Positions 43,069-64,000 of a DNA stretch of 64,000 bases are shown in pieces (positions within the stretch are counted from its first letter, which is position 1; each line of letters begins with the position of its first letter). The notes under the pieces were generated by a model. The model saw nothing but the letters and a program-made list of their open reading frames with translations, was not told the origin of the DNA and searched no databases. Origin of the DNA: Amoebidium appalachense (taxonomy: Eukaryota; Protista; Ichthyosporea); assembly GCA_963693365.1 (NCBI GenBank), contig CAVNZM010000009.1, forward strand, positions 2,916,231 through 2,980,230. The letters run 5' to 3'. The translations under genes were made by a program, and so were the position numbers.

Positions 43069-43610
43069 AATTTAATATATGGAGAGAATACTTGCAGGCC
43101 GTTAACGGCATTCATTTTTTATTTTGTTTATTTATCTATTTATTATTATTATTATTATTTTTTTTTTTTGGGGGGGGGGGGGGGGGGAGGGGGAGGGGGG
43201 GGTCGAACCAAATTTACTGGTCGCATAGTTTGTCCAGAATCTTCAATGATAGTCACGTTGTGTGATAAATAAATATTTATTAATTTTTCTCAGTGTAGAC
43301 TAGTGAGCAATAAAGTGGTGCACGGTTGAAATGTTCGGTCTTACACAAATCATGTGTGTTATTTTTGCCCAAAATCAATTGAAGAAAAATGCACTAATTG
43401 CCAAACCTGTAGTGTTGTAGGTGGAAATTGTGTCTGGCATTTTTCACTGACTTCTCTTCTCAAGGTCGCCTGAATCACGCTATGAGTTAGTGTTATTTTC
43501 TTGCACAAGCAAAGGTGTGTGGGAGAAAGGAGGGCCGGGAAGGATTCGGGAGGAGGGGGTGGAGGGGAGGGGGGGAGGGGGGCTTCTTCTTCTTTTTTTT
43601 TTTTGGTCAC

Positions 43611-43658
<48 letters not shown>

Positions 43659-43671
43659 AGGGGCGGGAGGG

Positions 43672-43705
<34 letters not shown>

Positions 43706-43842
43706 GGTTGGTGTCCGTGAGCCCACTTATTGCGCACGCTCGCTCGCATGTGGGTGTGTCTTGCAAACATCTGCAGGCAGAAAAAGCTCCCCCCCCCCTT
43801 TTTTTTTGTGGTGGTGGTGGTGGTGGTGGTGGTGGTGGTGGT

Positions 43843-43881
<39 letters not shown>

Positions 43882-44104
43882 GGATAACAGTTTCATCTGT
43901 TTTACGGGCTTGCACCTGAGTTTCTTCGTGTCACTACATTGGCAACCTGTACCGTTAACGTAGCAACCTCATAAATTTGCTCGGACCTAAATTCTCTAGT
44001 GGTTATCTAAAAAAAAAAATAAAAAAAAAATTGCATGTTGAATCTTATACAAAAAAAACAAACAAAGACGTCTAACATGAATGTTACACATTGCGGGACA
44101 TGCC

Positions 44105-46087
44105 CTACAATTTGCTCTCTGCAAACCCAAAATCAACGGAGTGAACTTTCTGCGAGGTGAAAATTCTAACTGCTGCTCTACCCTGCCCAGACATATCATT
44201 ATCAGAAAACACGGTATAGCCAACGGGAGTTTTCCCCACTGAAACGAAATATTCTCCGGGGGGAACGTTGGTGAAAGCATAACTACCGTTTGCATCACTA
44301 ATGACTTCACTAACTTTCGTACCATCTGTCCTTGTCAAAACCAACAAAACCCCACCCATCCCCTCCCCTTCGTCCACAGCGAGATTCGCATCACGGTCGA
44401 AAAACGTATTTCCGTAAATCACCCCCGGAATAGTCGCCGCTGCCGCCTGCACAAACCCAAAATTCACGTCCAATTTCCGGGTATCTTCACCACGGAAAGT
44501 AACATGATACCGCCCATCGGGGTTACTGTCGACGTCCCCAAACGGGAAATATACCGGTTTTACAGGAATAGCAATAACGGAATACCTTCCAGCGGGGATA
44601 CTCACAAACGCATACATGCCCGAAACATCAGTCACCGTGGATGCCAAAATCGTCTGTGTGCGCCTGTCCAGAAGTCTCACAATCGCACCCTGCATCCCCT
44701 CGCCCTCATCAATCTCCCTGTTTTTATCCCTGTCATTGTAAACCGCTCCGATGATTTGCGACCCATTGGGCTGTTTTGCCAAAAGAAGAATCGACGGTGA
44801 AATGGGTTTGATTTTGCTGCGTGATGATGCAGGGACGATCGTTGATGTGCGCGTGGTAGATGGCGCAGCGGTGGTTAAAACACCTGCAGTTGTGCTCGCC
44901 AATGGGGTAGTTGAAGTTGGTGGGGATGCGGGAAGTTGGTAAGATCTTGGAGCCACCGTTGCTGTAGGGAACGTGATGGATGGGATGGGGGTTTGAAGCA
45001 TACCGTGTTGCACGCTAACGGTTATCTGTGCATTAGCTTGAGGATTGATGTTAATTTCGATCGTCGGGGGGGTTTTGCTCGTGAGTTGTTCAACCACCTG
45101 AGAGATGACTTGTTGCGGGTCGAGTTGATTTGGAAGCAATGTTGCGATGGGGGGTATGGTGGGTGGGGCGGTTGCACGTGATTGCGTTGTTCGTGCCACC
45201 ACAAGTGAGCCTTGTATGGACAATTGAAGGTTTGCGTTGGCCTGGGCTTGTGCGTTGGCTTGAAGTAAAGCGTCCGTTTGAGCCATGTTTGTGCCTGCGT
45301 TAAAGGGATAGCATTAGCGGGCTGGCACTGTGATGGTGCAAGGACATGGCAAAAAATAATGAAGCACATGTGTGTGCACACGCGCACGCATGTCCTACAC
45401 ACTGTTTACAGTTTGCAGATCTAAAACATGAAGCATGTAGTTTGGGCATTCTTTGCGTACAACCAAAACGCTAGGTAATTCTGGTCATTGGGTGTTTAGC
45501 CTTTAGGGATGAGACGGCAGCAGGAAGACAATTAAAGGAGGGACGGGGCCGATAATTTTAGAGGTGAGGAATACGGTAACAGGTGTTGGGTATTAGTGTT
45601 TTATGATTGCAATTGAGTAGGAGGAAAGGGGAAGGCATGGTGAGGCCAAAGGGTGTGTGTGTGTGGTGGTGGTGGTGGTGGTGGTGGTGGTGGTGGTGGT
45701 GGTGGTGGGGGGGGGGGGGGGGGGGGGGGGGGAAGGGGTAGTACCGTTTGTGCATTCTTGGCCCATGTAACCTGGCACACACTCACACACAAAGCTTCCT
45801 GCGGTGTTTTTGCAGATCACCTCCGCCCTTGTTCTACAGGTGTGCGTGCCAGCCACGCATTCATTCTTGTCTGTGCATGTTTTGCCATTTAGCCAGTACC
45901 CGGGGCTTGTTGCACATCTCTTGAGTACGGGCGGAAGAAGAATCAATGCCTGGCACCCTACTAAACCGATATATGTTTGACCTTGCGCGCAAAGATTGAA
46001 AGCCCATGCCTCAGTATTTGGAGCAATTGGGGCACCTGCTGTAAGTGCCAGAACGCAGGAAAGCCCTAAGGTGATTGTTGGAAGCAT
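44105..46087 (-). CDS. Secreted protein: signal peptide, Ca-binding EGF domain, Thr/Pro-rich linker, two SdrD-B/Cna-B-like domains (~510 aa)
   Basis: Exon 45745-46087 (MLPTITLGLSCVLALTAGA; DKNECVAGTHTC...CKNTAGSFVCECVPGY) spliced phase 1 to exon 44105-45294. Repeats IIGAVYNDRDKNREIDEGEGMQG...TDVSGMYAF...DVNFGF and IYGNTFFDRDANLAVDEGEGMGG...SDANGSYAF...SVDFGF. Confidence 0.85.
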
Positions 46088-47472
46088 TCTGAAATTGGAT
46101 GTTGTGTATTTTTTCGGTCTCCGTCTGTGATAGTGGGAGTGGTTGTAGAGATGATGGAATGGGATTGTTTACGGAGCTTTTTAATAGCATATTGCTGCCC
46201 TATAGGTGGTTTAGCAACACTAAACTGTATTTGTGAGCATGGTAGCGTCATATAGGCACAACTACAATGTGTATGTATGGTGTGTGCCACACACTGTTTG
46301 GGTGCTTGGCATTTTGAGGATAGAGTAAGCCTGGGGTGGTGCTGTCGCAGGAATGCTGTGAAATATGATATACGATTGTCTATTGGTGGACCCATTATGC
46401 TAATTTGATTGGATGATGATGTATCCAATCAGATCGTTCTGCGGATGCTAACAATGTCGCTGAGCGCCGCGGCGCTGCGCAGCTATAATGGCTGATCTAG
46501 GAGCTATACTGAAGTAGAGAATGAGGCGAAAAAATAAAGAATTAATTATTATCTATTAGGCATGCAGAATGTAAACAACGAGCGTGCTGAACAAGAAATA
46601 TGGCGCGCCCCGATTGGCTGCTGTTATGAGATAATCGATTGGTGTTGTATTTTCCGCCAATAGGATGCTTTGTTTACATCTTGGGTTTCGAAGCAACCTA
46701 ACCCCTAGATCACTCATGATCACATTCACTATTGTTTTGACACTGAGAATCATGCATCCAAGAAAGAGCAGAAAAGACGGCTGTTCGTTACCAAGCACGT
46801 GTAAATTAGCGAACAACCATAACTTGCTCAAATTCTTAGGTCACCTTTACAAGGCACCGTGATTCTCAAGCGCACACGCGCATTCCTCGTTTATGCAGAT
46901 GGTCTATGGGGAGTGAACGTGCCACAGTCACAGTGCCACGGTGACGGGGATCCGTTTCTCCGTCTTCCCCCACCTATTTTTTTCCCCCTTACCGTTGGGC
47001 ATGTTGCAACATGCAACATGTACATGTACACGCAACGCATCGTGCAAACACAGCCTACATTAGGGCATTTCCAGTGCACATGGAACACAATGGGCGCACA
47101 CATGAACGTGTGTGCGGGGCAATGGGAGGACATATGCATGATACAGAAAAAGGCTATGCTAGTAACCCAGACCATTATATTATATGCTGAAGTTTTCTAC
47201 ATGCATGATACACATGCTCACATCTGTAGCAGAGTTATCAGCACGCCGATTACAAGCCTAACCAATTGACGGAATATCGCTCTGCCTGAAAAATTCGATC
47301 TCGCCCCTCTGTTCCCATCGTCACGGGTGGCCCACGTGCACAAGACACAGGCACTGACTTTAGCCCTGTCTATATGGTGAGGCTGGGGCATACATATAAA
47401 CATTTTTGAGTAATGACATCGACTGAACGAGAGCCTTGTCTTGTTGCAAAATACCCGTATTCCTCCTCCCCC

Positions 47473-47550
<78 letters not shown>

Positions 47551-47984
47551 CACACACACACATGCACACATGCGCGCGCACGCACACCCCTCCCCCAAAA
47601 CACACATGCTCCCCCAAACAGTCACAACCACGTGCGAAAAGAGAGTGAACTGGCGCCATGGCCAAGCATCGTGGTGTGTGTGTGCGTGTGTGACTGTGTG
47701 TGTGCGCGTGCGCGCCCACGTCGTGCTTGTGTGTGCGTGCGTATAAATGTTTGTGTGTCTGTGTGAGAGCACGCGTGTGTGCATTTTCTTTGCATACATG
47801 AGCACCCCCTATTCTCTCTCTCTTTGTGTGTCCGTGTATGCGTGTGTACGTGTGGGGGCATGCACGTGTGTGTGTTTAGGTGCATGTGCGGGCGCGCACA
47901 CGTGTGCGCGCTGCATGTTTGAGTAACTGGTCCGCGGGGGGGGGGGGGGGAGTGTGCGCGCTGCATGTTTGCGTAACTGGTCGG

Positions 47985-48022
<38 letters not shown>

Positions 48023-48158
48023 CGAGGTAAACGTTCGACTCCTTGAGTTTTCAACACACGTATTTTTGAAGAACAAGTACCACAGAAGTTAAGCTAAATC
48101 AGAGAATAGTAGGACCTTTACAACGACGGACCGTTTCCTGATTTCCAAACCCCTCCCC

Positions 48159-48195
<37 letters not shown>

Positions 48196-48482
48196 CCCCC
48201 CCCCCCACACACACACACCACAAATACACACACACGCACACTGCTTTCGCTCACCTCCCCCTCACACTTCTACCATGTCGTTTTCTCAAAAGTTTGTGTA
48301 CCTCTGCCAAAAGACCTCATACTAGATGTAATCAGTTACTGTGTCAGTCTAATCAGCTGCCCTCCCCCCCCCCCCCCCCCCCCCCCTCTCGCCCCCTTCC
48401 CCCCCCCCCCCCCCCCACACCACTACCAATAAAAAAACAACTTCCACAACCACGGCCCCCACATCGACTGACCATCATCCCT

Positions 48483-48514
<32 letters not shown>

Positions 48515-48772
48515 CCCTCCCCAAAAAAGCCACATCCCTTCCCTCCCTTCCCATTCTATTGACCAACATGGCTCACGAAGAAAAACACAAATGCGCAAAC
48601 TCACCCACACTGACCCACCCACAATCCCCCCTCCCCCCCCCCCCCCCTCCCCCTCCCCCTTCACCACCACCCACCCATGCACAGCCCCCTGGGCATACCC
48701 CCCTCCCCCTCTCACCCAGACACTCCCCCGCGCTCCCCCCCCCCCCCCCCCCCCCCCCGCCAAACACACACA

Positions 48773-60847
<12,075 letters not shown>

Positions 60848-61284
60848 TTTGACTTCTGGCTGCCAGTTATCCGACCAGATGAAGGACCTGGTGTTGTTTT
60901 TCGAAAAGTTAGATTGCACTAAGGCCGAACGATGTACTTGTTCTTCTAAACCGGGGTGATCCTCGGTAGCAAAATAAGTGCCTAAACGCACTGTTTCCTG
61001 CCTATTAGTAGGTTTGAGAGGATGGTAAGTGATCTAACATCGAACAACTCGAGGATGTGCTTGCTTGCAGTGATAGTGTTTGCTTGGTGCATCAGTGATG
61101 TCAGTAAGCTCTCCTTTCTGTAAACACAAAAATGCAGTGCCTTTTCTCTCGGTTTCTTTGCTTCCATGAACCTATAGTTATACATGTATGAAATACTTAT
61201 TATTGTTATGCCTGTATGGAGTATTGTTTTGTCGTCTCCACTCTCCAACGTGTCACTCGGAAGTTCAAGCGGTGGTTACAAAAT

Positions 61285-61296
61285 TTTCGCGCCAAA
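61285..61296. promoter_or_regulatory. Candidate overlapping E2F site TTTCGCGCCAAA in the divergent promoter upstream of RAD9
   Basis: Exact match to the classical DHFR-type E2F element, ~440 bp upstream of the RAD9 ATG and ~375 bp upstream of the ORF at 61672. Confidence 0.5.
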
Positions 61297-61671
61297 TTTG
61301 CCGAAGCAACCAATACGATTGTTGATCGATAACTGGCGTAATCGCAATCCAGATGCTAAATTTGTCCAATCATGGATAAAACAAACAACCAAAAACAGAC
61401 GCTAATTTTGAAGTCGGGCCATCATCGGAATTAAAATTCGCATTCTTAGAGCCCTTTTAAGTCTTTTGACTGGTTTCTTATCACACATGCGTTGTACAGA
61501 TTCATACTTGCAGGTGTCGCGTTTATTTTACAGTAGAAGGAAATATTCGTTTACTTTCCCTTCTTTCTTTTGTACTTTCGAAGGCAGACGCCGAACGAAA
61601 AGCATAAACACCCTTTACAGTTCAACAGGAAAATAGAGTAAAAGGGGCTTTTCATAAGGTTTCAACTTAAG

Positions 61672-62091
61672 ATGGGGGACCAGAAAGGCACACCTGATCC
61701 CATGTTCAGTGGGCGGCATCTCATGATCATGGTGTCATTGCTGGACGGCCTTCGTCGCATCACCCTCTACGAGGGTCTACTTGCAGTCATCGTCGTCCGG
61801 AACATCTTCCTCGTCACATTCTACTCAAGCAGCCACCTAAAAACATGGCTTTGGGCTGGTTTGTGCGTCTTTTTAGGCTTCGTTGCACTCACCGTGACAT
61901 TCTTCAACGTGACGAGAGCAGCGGTTGCCGATGGGGAGAAGGAAGCGTCTCGCTCTTTGACCCCCATCTCTGATCCAAAAGATGCCATTCCTGAATGGCT
62001 GGAGTGGAATCCCCCCGAGTTGAGTGCCGACGGGCTTGGCAAGTGGAAAACTCTAAGAGAATTGGCAAAGACATTCAACACCATGAGGTAG
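61672..62091 (+). CDS. Unknown membrane protein (first exon, or complete 139-aa ORF)
   Basis: High-complexity ORF with hydrophobic segments (EGLLAVIVVRNIFLVTF; WLWAGLCVFLGFVALTVTFF). Possible donor AG|gtaggc at 62088, followed by intron-like microsatellite DNA. Confidence 0.55.
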   Translation: MGDQKGTPDPMFSGRHLMIMVSLLDGLRRITLYEGLLAVIVVRNIFLVTFYSSSHLKTWLWAGLCVFLGFVALTVTFFNVTRAAVADGEKEASRSLTPISDPKDAIPEWLEWNPPELSADGLGKWKTLRELAKTFNTMR

Positions 62092-63187
62092 GCTGGGAAA
62101 AGAATGCCTCATCTGCTCTTAAGATGTTGCCCCTTAACCTTTGCCCAAGTGCATACACGTATATGCCTTTGAATTTTGTTGATGATGGTCCAGAATGCTT
62201 CGAGATACAAGAATTGGTCAAATCTGATATAAGCCACTGTTATAAGTGCTTTGAATCATGATGTTGCTCCGTGTGGTTCATGGATTTCACGACCGTTTTG
62301 GGCTCAATCTTGCAATTATGGGTTGTGCATCATACATGCCGCAATCAAACATCAGCCGGCTGAATCCCTGTCATTGTGAGCATGAGGACGAGATAATAGT
62401 ACCACCAGAATTGTCCTTGGCTGTTTTCTCGCCTAATCCCTGGTGGTCATTCATGGGTGATCCATGTTGGACCCGGCCTTTGCATCCAACGTGCACACAC
62501 TTGCAGTCTCACATTAAAATTGTCCCCGATTTCAGTGACACAGCTCGCTCACCTGTGTACCCCATGCAACTACGTATCTTCTCTCTCTCTGCCCCCCCCC
62601 CCTCCCCCCCCCCCCCCATCCCCCCTCCCCCCCCCCCCCCCCACGGATATTTTGGATCTAATATGCTGTACGCTTATATAATGAAATGGGGAAAGATAGG
62701 ACAGCCTAGCCTAGCGGAGGGGGGAAGTAGAGAGGAGCCTCCGGGGGAAGGTTGTTGGGGGGGGGGGGGGGGGGGGGGGGGTGGAGGGGGTGAGGCCAAT
62801 GTAAAGCCCAAACGACACGTTGAGATTGATCCGACCATAAAAAAAGGCAACACACAAATGGTGTTTATTATATCATGAAAACTTGGCAAGTTACCGGGAA
62901 TTTTAATTTTTATGTCCTACATCACCGCTTTCAGGTGTGTGTCTGCGCGGGCATCGCCTAGGTAAGATGATGGAGCAGCATGGGCCTGAAACCCCCCCCC
63001 CCCCCCCCCCCCCCCCCTTCTCCCCCCCCCCACCCCCCACCCCCCAAACACACACACAAACCCTCCTCCCCCCTCCCCCCTCCCCCCTCATTATGATACA
63101 CACACACACACACACACATACAACACACGTACCGTATGATGTACATACACACACACACACACGAACACACACACACGAACACACACG

Positions 63188-63254
<67 letters not shown>

Positions 63255-63417
63255 TCATGTGAACACACACACAGACACATCATCATCATTATCATCAGCA
63301 AATCGAAATCAACCTTCTGCCCCTCGTTTTTTTTTGGGGGAGGGGAGTCGGAAGTTGAAGGGGGAGGAGGGGGGGGGGGGGGGGGGGGAGGGGATGAGTA
63401 TGTAGGCGCCATGGTGC

Positions 63418-63469
<52 letters not shown>

Positions 63470-63537
63470 CGTGTGTGTAGTGTGTGCGTGTGTGTGTGTG
63501 TAACATGTGTGTGTGTGTGTGGCATGTGTGTGTGTGC

Positions 63538-63601
<64 letters not shown>

Positions 63602-63694
63602 TGTGTGGGTGTGTGTGTGTACGCACACGCGCCTGTGTGTGTGTGTGCCAGTGTTTGTGTGTGTGCGTGTGTGTGCGTGTGCGTGTGTGTGTGC

Positions 63695-63750
<56 letters not shown>

Positions 63751-64000
63751 GCGTGTGTGTGTATGGGTGGGTGTGCGTGTGTCTGTGTGAGCCGTTGTGT
63801 ATGTGTGTGTGCACGTGTGTGTGTGTGTGGCGTATTTGGGGGAAATGGGGTGGGGAGGGGGGGTTAGGGAGGGGTTGAAGATGGGGAGGGGAAGGGGGAA
63901 GGGGGGACGGGGGCAAGGCCTCCTAATCCAGAGGGGGGCCAGGGATTGAGTGAGTCATCCATCGTTCGAATGCACGTGGCCAATCTTCTCGCAAGATCTC

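Noticed and set aside
62258-62878. 206-aa ORF
   Set aside because: No recognisable motif, spans C and G homopolymers, and probably lies in an intron or UTR of the 61672 gene.

Overview
Eukaryotic genomic DNA, probably a unicellular opisthokont/holozoan-type organism (inference from gene content, not proven). Introns and intergenic DNA are full of 15-50 nt G/C homopolymers and (CA)n/(GT)n/(GA)n microsatellites, so almost all ORFs in the supplied track are low-complexity artefacts. Manual splicing (GT-AG, phase-consistent) recovers UBFD1 (11 exons, -), a Cys-rich RING E3-like gene (-), nurim/MddA-like (4 exons, -), COX18 (8 exons, +), a secreted EGF + 2x SdrD-B-like protein (2 exons, -), RAD9 (14 exons, -), and partial or unknown genes at both ends. 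At 20724-27338 there is a decayed Ty1/Copia LTR element (TSD TGTAA) encoding Gag-PR-IN but no RT/RNase H. It carries a hAT-like MITE in its 5' LTR and a 5'-truncated poly(A)-tailed LINE in its interior. The most notable observations are the apparently RT-less Copia, the EGF/bacterial-adhesin-domain chimera, repeated tandem duplications spanning splice sites, and acceptors sitting directly behind AG-free (CA)n/C tracts. All homology calls come from motif recognition, not database searches.
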